The notes under the pieces were generated by a model. It was not told where the DNA came from. It saw nothing but the letters and a program-made list of their open reading frames with translations, and did not search any database. This document shows, piece by piece, positions 26,471-39,672 of a DNA stretch of 64,000 nucleotides; position 1 is the first letter of the stretch; every line of letters starts with the position of its first letter. Source of the stretch: Octopus sinensis (taxonomy: Eukaryota); assembly GCF_006345805.1 (NCBI RefSeq), contig NC_043008.1, positions 43,028,001 through 43,092,000 on the forward strand, in the 5' to 3' direction. A program made the position numbers and the translations under genes.

Positions 26471-27456
26471 TGATAAAACTAAATCCAGCTGCATATCACG
26501 TAACATGTGATAACTTATATCTCATAACTGATAAACGGTAATGTTAACTTATATTTCATAACTAACTGATAAACGGCAACGTGATAAACAGACGTGTGAT
26601 AAACGAGATTTTTGCCAATGAAATTCATTGGTGTGAAAAGTCGTATTTTACTCCTGCTATTAATCAATTGATAAACCACACAATGATAGGAACGCCGATC
26701 AGAGACCACCACCCGACGAGCCGTGTAACGTACCAAATATCGATTCCTTGTTGAAGCTAATTTATTTTGTTCCAACCATTAATTACTTTCAGAAATGTAT
26801 GATCGTTACGCAGTCTCCTTGCTTTTCTCTCTATGCCGTTGTGTGTCGAAGTAACCCTTCGATCATAAACTCATTCATCAGGTTTAACGCCACCATCTGA
26901 CCTCTGGGTGCTGTTAGCAGTGTCCATTCAGTTACGAGCATTCCGCCCACGACCCTTGTTCGAGTACAACTGCTCTCTTTATCCCACCAATGACGGAGGC
27001 CCCGAAAGGATGGAGGGACGCTGCCGTTGCTTGATTCACAGCCTCCATGTAAATGAAACACGTACTAAACGTTACAATGTTAAATAAGAAATGTCTAAAC
27101 ACGGAGACTAACTCATCCGAATTGTATTTCTCTTTGGCCATGGCATCAGTGTGCAGTGTGATAAACCAGATTTTTCACATCGAAATAGAACCATAATCAA
27201 TGATATATTATCGCTGTCGATCTCTTGTAGAATTAACAATAAATAATTCCATAGAAACAGCTCTATGGTAATCCAAACCAGAATACTTACAAATCACAGA
27301 ATGTTAAATCGGATTACATTATCCACAAATACTATTGGGATAAATTCAATGATATTGCGTTAAATAAGCATACACGCTTACCAATTCTCATGTGATAAAT
27401 CACATGTTCACCGTAAAATATGTGATAAACTATACAGAAACTGCAGTGTGATAAAC
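26471..27456 (+). promoter_or_regulatory. Cluster of same-strand TGATAA(AC) motifs (GATA-like) in non-microsatellite DNA
   Basis: TGATAA at 26471, 26508, 26529, 26567, 26582, 26597, 26669, 27159, 27393, 27423 and 27449. Function unproven. Confidence 0.4.
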
Positions 27457-27766
27457 TCGATATAAAATCATAACATTTATACATAATAATACAAAGATCC
27501 AGGGTTTATGGTTGCCAAACTGTAAATGTGACACAATGGATTTCTTTACTCACTGGGGATGATTAAATAGATCTCATCTATCATTGATTAAAGACTCATA
27601 AACAATATATCATCAGTCACAAGTGCTAATATGATAGATTTCCTTCTTACATGCTTCGTTTGAGATTCGTTTGTCATTTTAAAACATTTGCATACCACGG
27701 TGGACGTCGGCTGCATTCACACAACATTAGATGAACGAATATGCACATAATACGATATAATATACC

Positions 27767-27800
<34 letters not shown>

Positions 27801-27885
27801 ATTATATATATATATCATATATATATATTTGTATACACATATGTACACACATCTCTCTCTGTGCTTGTCAGTCTTTTTCACATAC

Positions 27886-27934
<49 letters not shown>

Positions 27935-28059
27935 TATACTGAGTCGTCTTAGCAACATTATGAACGTTTGCACAAATCAGTTCACGAAGCATTACAGTAT
28001 ATATTTATTGACAGCAAGCCGCACCATACACACACCAAAACTGGGTCCCAAGACCTGCG

Positions 28060-28107
28060 TGGCCCCTGCGCAAGTGCCCACTATGTTCACGGATTAAGAT
28101 CGTTCTG
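28060..28107. mobile_element. Possible solitary hAT (Tip100-like) terminus
   Basis: Minus strand CAGAACGATCTTAATCCGTGAACATAGTGGGCACTTGCGCAGGGGCC resembles CAGGGCCGTCTTAA-type ends. Confidence 0.35.
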
Positions 28108-28117
28108 ATTATATATA

Positions 28118-28500
28118 GGTGAAGGCGTAGCTGTGTGGTAAGTACCTAGCTTACCAGCAACATAGCTTTGGGTTCAGTCCCACTGCGAAGCACCTTGGGC
28201 AAGTGTTTTCTACCACAGCCTTGGGACTACCAAAGCCTTGTGAGTGGACTCGGTAGACGGAAACTGAAAGAAGCCCGTCGTATATATATATGTATATGTT
28301 TGTGTATCTGTATTTGTCACCCCCCCACTATAGCTTGACAACCGATCTTGGTGTGTTTACGTCCCCGTAACATGGTGGTTCGGCAAAAGTGACTGATAGA
28401 AATAAGTACTAGGGTTATAAATAAGAAGCCCTGGGGTAGATTTGTTCGACTGAAGGGGGTGCTCCAGCATGGCCGCAGTCAAATGACTGAAACAATTAAA
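28118..28500 (+). mobile_element. tRNA-derived SINE with internal (TA/TG) tract (family shared with 43987)
   Basis: Head TAGCTGTGTGGTAAG...GGTTCAGTCCC, a CCTTGGGCAAGTG block, and 3' end GCTCCAGCATGGCCGCAGTCAAATGACTGAAACA. Confidence 0.85.
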
Positions 28501-28840
28501 CAAATTAAAAAATTATATATATATACGCACAATAAAAAAATTGTTTTCTCTTAATAATTTAACAAATCAAATAAAAATACTCTGTTAATCCAAAGTTGCT
28601 TGTTTTCTTGGAGAGGATTAGTAAGGGATTTAATCAGGAATCGTATGAGGAAACGGATTAGTTTCGAGAATCGAAATAGCTTTTTACATTCTTTTGATAC
28701 TTTGTGAAAGATTTCAAATTGAGTCTTTTGCAAACGCGCAATAACACGCCTGCCCGTCTTCATCTCAATCAGTGAACCTTGTAAAGTACGAGATAAAATG
28801 CTTCACGTTTAGGAAGAGAAACCATGAAATTTAAATAAAG

Positions 28841-28905
28841 CCATTAAACAGAACCCATTAAATAGAAACCATTAAATAGAAACCATTAAATAGAAAGCAT
28901 TACAT
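28841..28905. repeat. 14-bp minisatellite (CCATTAAATAGAAA), ~4.5 copies
   Basis: Seen directly. Confidence 0.9.
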
Positions 28906-29070
28906 TAATTTCTGCTCGTTTAGAATTATTATTAGATTGCAGACACACGTAGTAGGTGACAGACGTAGTCCAGATATATTTGCCTTGTAGCAATTGAAAT
29001 ATGTAACAAACATATTTCAACTTACGTAATTCTGCTCATACCTAAACACTGCTTAGCGCTAACGTTTCTG

Positions 29071-29560
29071 TGGACTCGAGCGAAAGGATTAGAGACAAAC
29101 ACTTACCTCTCTGGCCAATCGCTCATCAACTTTTTCAAGTACCACTTGAAAAGGAAGTTGAGAAGGGAGAGGCAGATTTTGTCTCGTGAAAGTTTCAAAA
29201 AAAGGTGGGTTAATATAGCAAAGATAGTGCGTGCGAGCGACGAAACCACTTTGAGCATGATCCTGTAAATCGTAAAAAGAGAGAGCCCTTTGCTCTCATG
29301 TGTTTATTCCCTCCCTGCCTGAGGTTACCGTGGTCTTTTCCGTAGGCTTTTCTTTCCACGGATAAACCTAATCTTGCTTCTTACATTTAAAAAATTTCTT
29401 CTGTGATAACACGATTCCTTTTGATCGCCTTTTGTTTTTCTCAGGCCCTTTTGATCGGAAATTTACTTTTTTCTCTTTTTCTTTTTCATTTTCGAAAAGA
29501 AAAGCTCTACATTTGTATTTGTTCCCTCTGTGTTCATCCCTGTGTGGCCAATAAAGAAAG
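29071..29560 (+). mobile_element. 5'-truncated Tx1/L1-like LINE: ORF2 C-terminus plus 3' UTR, followed by (TATC)n
   Basis: Open frame 29071-29268: WTRAKGLETNTYLSGQSLINFFKYHLKRKLRRERQILSRESFKKRWVNIAKIVRASDETTLSMIL*. Pyrimidine-rich UTR with AATAAA at 29550; a second copy of the 3' end lies at 8856. Clade call rests on the W.R...F..RW terminal pattern. Confidence 0.72.
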
Positions 29561-29642
<82 letters not shown>

Positions 29643-30555
29643 GTAATTATGTATACATAAATGTATATATTGACACATATATGTACATACTAGCATATAT
29701 ATATATGTATGTGTGTGTGTGTGTACGCGTAAAATAATGATGTGTGTATAAACATAACTATATATATCATGTGTATAATGTTCTCCAGTGATCTTCGTGT
29801 CGCTGTCACTTCTAGAGTTGATTACATTTCACGTGATTGCCTCCATCTTGAATTGCGAAGTTATTTTATTTAAAAAAATTTCTGTACAAAACAAAAGTCA
29901 TTTAATGTTATAACTAACTTCGTAAAAATATCTTTGAAACATTTTGGTCGTGGAATAATAAAATTATATTGCAATAACTCTCATATATATTTTGGTTTCT
30001 TTCAGACACACACATTATGTTGTCACTTCTTATTTTTATGTGATGGCTTACTACAGCTAATTCTAGCGTATTGTTATTGTTTCACGACAGCATGTTTTTT
30101 TGTAATTCCAACCTACAATCTACACCATACAATAAGTGTCTGGAAATAGATATAGTCTGGTAAAGTATCATTGACTTGTCTGCTGATATTGGGCAGAAGA
30201 CACGTACGGATACGTTAATAAAATTAAAAAAACCAACAGACAGGCTATTTAAGTAATGTGTTCGTGATGATTTGAATTTGATATTGACGAAAGGGCAATA
30301 TATCTTGAAATATGTATATACACCCATTAGCTAATTTTCCATCTTCAGTCGCATTGTTTACATAGACGTATTCATTTCTGAAACGTTGTGACATTCCGCG
30401 CTGGTTCTGAATTCTATAGAAAATCTAGAGAGATAAACTTCAAACTGATTGTCGAGAAATGGTATAGAGAAAAACCAAGATGATTTGTGGGTATAATATG
30501 GAATTAATTTCAATACAACATCCATCTCTGTATGTACTCTGTATATGTATATATA

Positions 30556-30675
<120 letters not shown>

Positions 30676-30680
30676 GTCTC

Positions 30681-31085
30681 CACCTCATAACATCTCGAAC
30701 TTTACTTGTACTATTTTACCTGGATTCTCTACCTGGAGTTTCTTCTACTCTCCTACACTCCGGCTGCACCTTTCCTATGAGAAATCGCTCCAATATACCA
30801 CAACGTTTCAACCTTTTGAACTTTTCTAAGCTTTTTTTGCACTTTCTGCTTTTTCCTATTGTCGTTTCTCTCAGTCCGCACTTGTTACCTTGCCTCTCTG
30901 TCACCATGATAGAACGCTAGCCACTAAACCTTTTACTATTTTCTCTCCCTGTTTATTTATGTGTTCCTTTCTGCCGAAGAGCGTAGGCTCGAAACATAAA
31001 AGACTTTCTCACTTCCCGAGTGTTAAACTAATACATCTGTTTGTTGTTTACACACCCGTCTTTTGTTTTTTATAAATTTGCACTA
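30681..31085 (+). mobile_element. Penelope-like element 3' remnant/pLTR with minimal hammerhead-like motif, in (TA)n
   Basis: CTTT-CTGCCGA-A-GAGC-GTAG-GCTC-GAAAC-ATA-AAAG at 30967-31002; downstream sequence is homologous to the 44680 and 49945 copies. Confidence 0.65.
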
Positions 31086-31134
31086 TATATATATCTCCTG
31101 TATATATTCTCTAAATCTACTCCCCGTCTCTCTC

Positions 31135-31213
<79 letters not shown>

Positions 31214-31909
31214 TGTATATATTCTCTTTGGCAAATTTCTTTTAAAACAAAAACCATTGTTCTATTGAGTCATGTTCTTTATCGTTTGTTGTTCAAATCT
31301 CGCTGCCAGCACGTTGGCCTTTTTGCCCTGTCAACCTCTCGGGAAATCAATAAAATAAACCAGCCGTCAAGTAATGGCGAGAGTGAGTTATTCGACTGCA
31401 GTATCCCTCCGTTTTCAGATTCTATGACCTTCTGCTAATATTAGAAAATATTATTTTGGGGAGAAATATCGCTCCATCGAATCGTATGTAACATCAAACT
31501 CGATAGATATGGAATTTTTTTCCTATTTTCTCCTCTTTCTCTCTCTGTTATCTTTCGCTATTAAAATCAATGATTTAAAAGACAACATCAACAGTTTGTG
31601 CCTATCTTCTGCAAAACTAATATTGTTACTAATAACTGCTTTGGCAAACGTCTTAATTTAGTTTTTATATTGATTTTACCTAACCAGAGTTTCCTTTTAT
31701 TGTCAGGAGACAACAAGGTTTTGCAATTGAAGATGCTAACAGGTGAAGATACTGAAGTCTGTCGAAGAAAAGAAATGATTTGTATTTCCATGGAAAGAAA
31801 TTTACGTAGACTATGCGAGGTGTCATCAGTAGGATCTTTTTGCACTTTGCTTCTTTTGAGGTTGTCAGGGTTTTTTTCTTTACAGAGTTGATTGCTCCTC
31901 TTGCCTCAA

Positions 31910-31981
<72 letters not shown>

Positions 31982-32239
31982 TATTATTATTATTATTATT
32001 ATATGTTTGACTTTTGATTTGTATTTTACAAGTTGACCTCAAAAGACAACAAGTTAGAAGTGCATGTTGGTGTTATGCCTCGGGTGCCATATATTTGGTT
32101 TTGTACATAGTATTGTTCTAGAGAATGTTTAAGAAAACATAAGAAAATAAAGTGTTTGTTTTAAAATTTGAGATTACATAGAAAGTATTTTGCGTGGGGT
32201 ATGGGCAGTTCTCACGAGCACTATATTTTGAATTTCTGC

Positions 32240-32323
<84 letters not shown>

Positions 32324-32325
<2 letters not shown>

Positions 32326-32660
32326 CTTCGTAACACAGTGTAGATAAAAATGCACCGGAGTCTTTCATCATCTGTTAAGTCACAACAAGGACCTCAAACA
32401 GATAATACTTTCCTTAAGATGTGCGCTGTGCCCAATAAGGTTGCCTTTTGCAAGATATCAATCTTGCAAGGGATTTCCTGTTGCCTTAAGATGTCTTGAA
32501 GTTTCAATGGGATTGAGCCCAATGCTCTGATCACCACTGGTATCACTTTTACATTACCCTCTCGCATCCCATACAGTCTTGCCATTTCCACGTTCAGTTT
32601 AGAGTATATGTTGTGGGCTTTGTTGATTTTGTTGTCTATTTGCGGCATGACTTTATACTT
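32324..32660 (-). mobile_element. 5'-truncated R4/Dong-clade non-LTR retrotransposon 3' end
   Basis: YSKLNVEMARLYGM...VKVIPVVIRALGSIP...LQKATLLGTAHILRKVLSV* is the C-terminus of the restriction-like endonuclease region; a short 3' UTR is followed by (TAA)n, the known Dong target. Confidence 0.85.
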
Positions 32661-33259
32661 CTATGTTTTGGAGGAGTGCTGCATAGAAGAGTGTGTAAAT
32701 CATAAATCAACCATTTCATAATATTTATGGTCATCTGTACACCGTTCTTTCCCTTTCGGTTCGTTTTACAGCGTTTACTTTTTTAACTGAACACCGCCCG
32801 TGGACATGTGTTGATGTTTCTTTCCTTGTTACAATTATTATTGATGTATCAGCGAGAGACCAAGAAAAACAGCAATGTGCATATATAGAAATGTCTTGTA
32901 TAAATATGAATGTATATATAATTAAAATTAAAAGTTTTCAATCTAAAAATTTTACTGACAGGTTTGCAGTTTTCGTATAGAAATATTGTTAACATTTTTA
33001 TACACATGATGCTGTCTAAGTGGAAGCTATTTTTTGTGTATATATATTCTATATAAGAAAAATCCTTCAGTTTCCTGAGATGGCTTACGTTAAGACATAC
33101 TTTTCTTTCATTGTTTTGGCGAATTCTTAATTCCTGCTTCGTGATCGTTTCAGATATGATTTATCTTCCCGGCAGGTCACTGACACACATCCATGCTGGT
33201 ACTATTATTATTATCATTGTTGTTGTTATTATCATTTTAATTTATTATTATTATCATTA

Positions 33260-33290
<31 letters not shown>

Positions 33291-33301
33291 ATTATTATTA
33301 T

Positions 33302-33856
33302 TGAGTGAGAGAGCAGTTCATGCCATCAAAGTGACACTGGGGTAAAATATACGAAGCCCAATATACCCATCATGACTACCCGTCTGATAAAGGTACACCA
33401 GGCACATGCATCACAACCATATGTGCGCGACATGGTGATCTCATATCAAGATAAACAGCACATGACCTTGCAGGTGGGGCCCAGTTAGAATTTTCTTCGG
33501 GTTGAGTAGCCCATCCTGCTCAAACGGTCCCTGAATAAGGGTTGCTTTAGGATGTTGAACGAAACACCTATGTTTCCAGAGGTGAACCATTCAAACTCCA
33601 AAGAATCCCTCTCAACACATGGCCATGATGCTCCCCCACTACTTCTGCTCGTGATCAGAGATGCACATATCGTCAGCCACTAAGGGACATGCTCAACTGG
33701 TTAAGGTCAAACAACTGACAAGCAAATCTGTGGTATTGAGCAGAATATTTGCTGTAGCCCATCTTTTATACCAAGACAAAACAATGTACATGATAACACT
33801 TCCAATCAGTTAAGATCAGAAGCCATGAGAGCCACTGCCTGGTACTGCATCAGGGC

Positions 33857-33860
<4 letters not shown>
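33302..33860 (-). mobile_element. ~560-bp non-coding interspersed element embedded in (ATT)n
   Basis: Sharp borders with (ATT)n on both sides; homologous fragments at 17256-17384 and 39673-39796. Strand is inferred from the truncated copy that retains the repeat-adjacent end. Confidence 0.8.
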
Positions 33861-34300
<440 letters not shown>

Positions 34301-34481
34301 TTTGCATTTTTATTAGTATTTTTGCTTCGACCTTTGTTTTATGTTTCTGATCGATATTTTGGGGAAGGAGGCAATCATAACTTCGAAGCTGGGGGAGTGT
34401 AAGAGTTAGATCTTCAGTGAGTGTTTGTTAACTGATTTTAACAAAGCCATTTGTAGTTTCATTGTCGAGATGACAGAGGAA

Positions 34482-34485
<4 letters not shown>

Positions 34486-34576
<91 letters not shown>
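34486..34576. repeat. (GA)n microsatellite
   Basis: Seen directly. Confidence 0.95.
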
Positions 34577-34579
<3 letters not shown>

Positions 34580-35045
34580 GAGTGGGGAGAAGATAGGAGA
34601 AAGGAAATATGATAGGCACAAAAAGAAGGAATTATAGAGGAAATAGAGATAGGAAGTTATAAAATGTGAAAGGAAGAGATTTAAAATAGTTGAGAGAGAG
34701 AAATGACAGACACACAGACACTAAAGCACAAACCGCACACACGCGCACACATATATACACACCGAAATAAATAAATGGATAGATAGAGAGAGAGAGGGGG
34801 CATAGAGATAGATAGATAGATAGAAAGAGAGAGAGAAAGAGAGAGAGGGCGTAAAAGAAATGGATGAAGGTAAAAAGTAGGAACGGACAAAAAGGAAGAC
34901 AAACGAAATCCGGGATGTCATTTTCTCCCATTTTTCGAAACGGAACTGGAAAGAGAGAATAAAGATGTACATATAGAAAGACGGTTAAAGATTAAAGAGT
35001 AAGGGATCCACGATGTTTCGCTGCAGACAACGACAGCATCACCAC

Positions 35046-35076
<31 letters not shown>

Positions 35077-35182
35077 GTCGTCGTCAGCACCACCACCGCC
35101 ACCATCATCATCATCATCACCACCACCACCACCATCATCATCACCACCACCATCATTATCGTCACCATCACCATCATTCTCG

Positions 35183-35214
<32 letters not shown>

Positions 35215-35552
35215 GCTCGAGTTGATGCTAGATAAAGTGTGTAGCTTCAGAAGTGGTGGTGGGGGTGGCGACTTCGAAGAAGATTACATGCCAAATTAAC
35301 ATGCGTTATAGTTTTAGAAACAAATACAAGAATACATTTTGTACGACGCGCCAAGATTCTGAAGAAATAATTCCAAATATTGGAAGTTCAGAGCGAAATG
35401 CCATTAACCAACCTTAGCAGGTGAGAAGTGGTGAATCTCAACAGTATTGGATCTCTGATATCACAGGACGAAAGTCTCTTTGGTCGGTGCTCTACCGATT
35501 CTGCACATCTACCGCCGTTCAATGGCGATGATGATGATGACGATAATAGTCC

Positions 35553-35766
35553 ATTTCATTATAGGCACAAGGCCTGAAATATTAGGGGAGCGGACTAATC
35601 AATTACTTCGATCGCAGTAATCAACTGGTACTTATTTGATCGAGCCTGAAAGAAAGAAATGCGAAGTCAACCTCGGTGGAATTTGAACCAAGAACGTAAT
35701 GCAAGAAGAAATGCAGCTAAGCGCTTTGTCCGGCGTGCTGACAATTCGGCCAACTCACCCGCCTTA
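35553..35766 (-). mobile_element. Older, diverged Meta-like SINE monomer (tail B)
   Basis: GGCACAAGGCCTGAAAT...AACTGGTACTTATTT...GTCAACCTCGGTGGAATTTGAAC is collinear with the younger copies. More decayed copies lie near 6125, 31300, 36225, 53075 and 54925. Confidence 0.75.
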
Positions 35767-35816
35767 CTAAGAATAATAATGGCAATAATAATAATAATAA
35801 TAATAATGATAATAAT

Positions 35817-35922
<106 letters not shown>

Positions 35923-36508
35923 TAGTAGTAGTAGTAGTAGTAGTAGCAAAAACAACAATAACAACAGTACCTATGAATTATTGCTGTGCACTAGTGTTGT
36001 GAAGTGAAGTGAATATTTTTAGTTAGGAGATCAATACATTGCCAGAGACTCATCATTAAAATATATCTGGAAAAAGATAATATGTCAGGGTGTGAAGCAT
36101 CTATCGAAAATTATCAATACAAGATCGATCCCAGAATTGACATAATGCTAAACTATTCCACTAAAATATATCTCTTGTACTCGCAGAGTTCACTCGGTGT
36201 TGTTTATTATATTTGGCAGTTGAATGGCGGTGGATTGGCAGCAGATTCGTTACTTGCCGTTGTTCAGGTTTTGAGTTCGAATCCGATCGAGGTCATCTTT
36301 GCCTTTCATTCCTCTGAGTTCGATAAGATATAGTACCAGTTAGGTATTAGGGTCGATGTAAGGGAATAAATAACCACCAGCAAAATTGTGGTCCTTCTGC
36401 TGAAATGCACACACTCACGAATATATATATATATTTAATGTAGGATAAAATTTTTTCGAAAAAATTTTTTATCAATGGCCAGCATATTAAAAAATACCTT
36501 TAAAGGTT

Positions 36509-36718
36509 AAAATTATAAACAACTTATAAATAAGGGCAAACATAAAAATTTCTAATGCCAAATATGCCGAAAAATTGGACATATTGTCCATTACCATATA
36601 ATTTTTCACGTGCATGTTGTGAAAAATTATATGGTAATGGACAATATGTCCAATTTTCGGCATATTTGGCATTAGAAATTTTTTCGTTTGCCCTTATTTA
36701 TAAGTTATATATGATTTT
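36509..36718. repeat. Long palindrome (arms 36521-36609 and 36619-36706, 9-nt spacer)
   Basis: The arms are nearly perfect reverse complements, with weaker extension of ~12 bp on each side. Confidence 0.92.
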
Positions 36719-36789
36719 GATTTTGAGTTTTCCAGTTTCAGCTCATGAATATGTATATATATATATATATATATACATATGTACATATA

Positions 36790-37019
36790 TTTTTTATTGC
36801 CCACAGGGTGCTAAACAAAAAAGGGACAAAAAAGGATAGACAAAGGGATTAAGTCGATTACATTGACCCCAATTCGTAACTGGTACTTATTTAATCGACC
36901 CCGAAAGGATGAAAGACAAAGTCGACCTCGGCGGAATTTGAACTGGGAACATAAACACAGACAAAATACCTCTAAGCATTTCGCACTTGTGCTAACATTT
37001 CTGCCAGCTCTCCGCCTTC
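36790..37019 (-). mobile_element. Meta-like SINE monomer, tail type A
   Basis: Complete head to tail (...CCTGTGGGCAATAAAAAA); shows the monomeric form of the multimer unit. Confidence 0.85.
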
Positions 37020-37225
37020 ATACACACACACACACACACACACACAGACCACATATATATATGTAATAGCGAAGGACATATATGGAAATTATTAAGCGAG
37101 ATAAACGAAAAAAAATATAAAACTATTGTATTGAAACCCATTTCATCAATCAACTTTTCTCCAGAATCATTATGGTTCCACTACTTATATACATAAATAT
37201 ATATGTTTGTGTGTGTGAGAGATAG

Positions 37226-37260
<35 letters not shown>

Positions 37261-37389
37261 TTCCTTTTTTTCTTTTGTCATTCCTCGTCTACCTGGCTCT
37301 AACATCTGTAATGAGTCAACAATAGAACCTCCACGCTGTGGGTCACAATACATACATACATACATACATACATACATACATACGTACAC

Positions 37390-37422
<33 letters not shown>

Positions 37423-37464
37423 TGTATGTATGTATGTATGTATGTATGTACGTATGTATATATC

Positions 37465-37496
<32 letters not shown>

Positions 37497-38674
37497 TCTA
37501 TCTATGTGTGTATATACTAGCATATTCCACACAGTGTCTTAGAAAATGGTTATATAACTTTGTGGAGTGCAATATTTTATTTTCATATATTTTTCCTGTC
37601 TCTTTGAAATATTGGAAAAATCTTGATACATAATTACAAGACAATAACGCCAGCTGCCCGATTCCATGGCAAGATTAACTCTAAAATAGTTTTGACTAAA
37701 TATATATAATACACACACACATATACACATATGTATATGTATGCATGTATACACACACACACACGCACACACACACATACACGTATACAAATGGTTGAAC
37801 AAATGAAAACAGTAGTACTGACACATTCAGTTGGCGCAGCTGCACATTACTTAAAGTTTCCTGGGCTTTTAAAACATCACCAGATTTATGGCACCTATCT
37901 ATCTATCTCTCTACCTATTTATCTACCTATCTATTATCTATCTACCTGCCTGTCTATGTATGTATGTATGTATGTATGTATGTATGTATGTATGTATCTA
38001 TCTATCTATCTATGTGTGTATATACATGTGTATTTCTGTGTTTACACACACACGCGCACAGACACCACACACACACACACACACGCATGTTTAAAATACA
38101 AAAGGCGCATACATTTATGCATACAATAAACATACGATGTATTGCGATTCTTCCTAATTCCCTGACGTATTCCGCTTGAAATCTTTTTCTGTTTCCACAC
38201 TGTATGTTTAGAAATTATCTTCGAGAATAAAAGACGATCGCGTTGCTTGTACTTTGTTGTTTTCTTATGTTTCTTAATGTTCTTATCTTTCGAAAATGTC
38301 CGTAGGAACGCAATCTCATTTGATAATATGAAAATAGAAAAATCAATTTCGCATTCCGAAATTTCGCATTACGGTCAAATTTTCAGGAAAACATTGCTTA
38401 CGTAAAGTGAGGGAAACTTACACACGCCTACACACACTCGCACGCACACACACCACACACACACACCCATAACTGTAATACTAGCAAGAAAGCTTGTCTG
38501 TGGTCGTATGACATGTTGGAATTAGCAACCAAACCTCCAGTAAATTTCTTGTAACCATTTTAAATAAGGAAATAAGTCCATCATAGAATCCACAGAAATC
38601 CTTAAAAAAGGATTAATGGCTGACACTGGAATGCTTTCGATAGTTGACCTTCTCGATTATATTCGACCGGTAAA

Positions 38675-38845
<171 letters not shown>

Positions 38846-39672
38846 TATTAATGATAATGTTGATGATAATAACAACAACATGATAATAATGATGATGAGG
38901 CTGATGAGGCTGATATGAAGGTGATGTTGACGATAATAGTTTCCTGTAAGTATGGTTTGAGACATATAAAAGCCGTATAAATAGTTCCACTGGGAATAAC
39001 AAAAAGTGTAATTTATCTTCTAAAAGTGTCACAATGTGGATCGGAATTAGAATTGATAAAAATGTAGCAAGACATTCTTGTGTGGAATCAGCCAATCGTT
39101 GGTGGAATTCCAGTTAGAACAGAAATAAAAATGACGATCAGATAAAAAACCATCAAATGATAAAAATATAACGCTGCCGCCGGCTGCTCTGTACACATGG
39201 TGTAGGACATGGCAGGAGTGAGGTGGGGGATATTCCCCATTATCATGACGACAACGATTACGACAACGATGATGATGATAATGATAATGATTTATCGTCA
39301 TTATCAACAACATTAGGAATATTATTGTTATTATTTTTATCACTATCTTCTTTCAATTTTGTTGCCATTTCTTGCTGAGTGTCTTCCCAACACCTTGGGC
39401 AAAGAACCTCAATTGCATACATATGTAGGCCCTTAAAGTAAACCCACCATATTGTTCATTTACAAAGTCATGTGATAGAAACAAAGGGGAAGAAAGCCAG
39501 AGAAATAAGGAAATAAGGAAATAAGGAAACAAGGAGAAAGGAAGAAACGAAAACAAAAAAAAAGAATATAGGGGAAAAACGAAAGAAAATTCACGGCGAC
39601 AATGTTCCTCTCAATACGTGTTACGTACCAGTTAAAACATATTATTATTATTATTATCATTATTATTGATAT

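Noticed and set aside
26845-26885. CTGATGA...GAAG on the minus strand
   Set aside because: No stem II pairing and a non-canonical core.
29107-29262. Apparent 156-nt minus-strand exon with good acceptor (TTTACAG), donor (GTAAGT) and two open frames
   Set aside because: The plus strand encodes the Tx1-like LINE ORF2 C-terminus followed by its 3' UTR, so the splice-like signals are best explained as antisense LINE sequence. Exonisation cannot be excluded without RNA data.
31690-31830. Possible plus-strand exon after TTTCCTTTTATTGTCAG
   Set aside because: Only weak donor sites follow and the peptide is unrecognisable.
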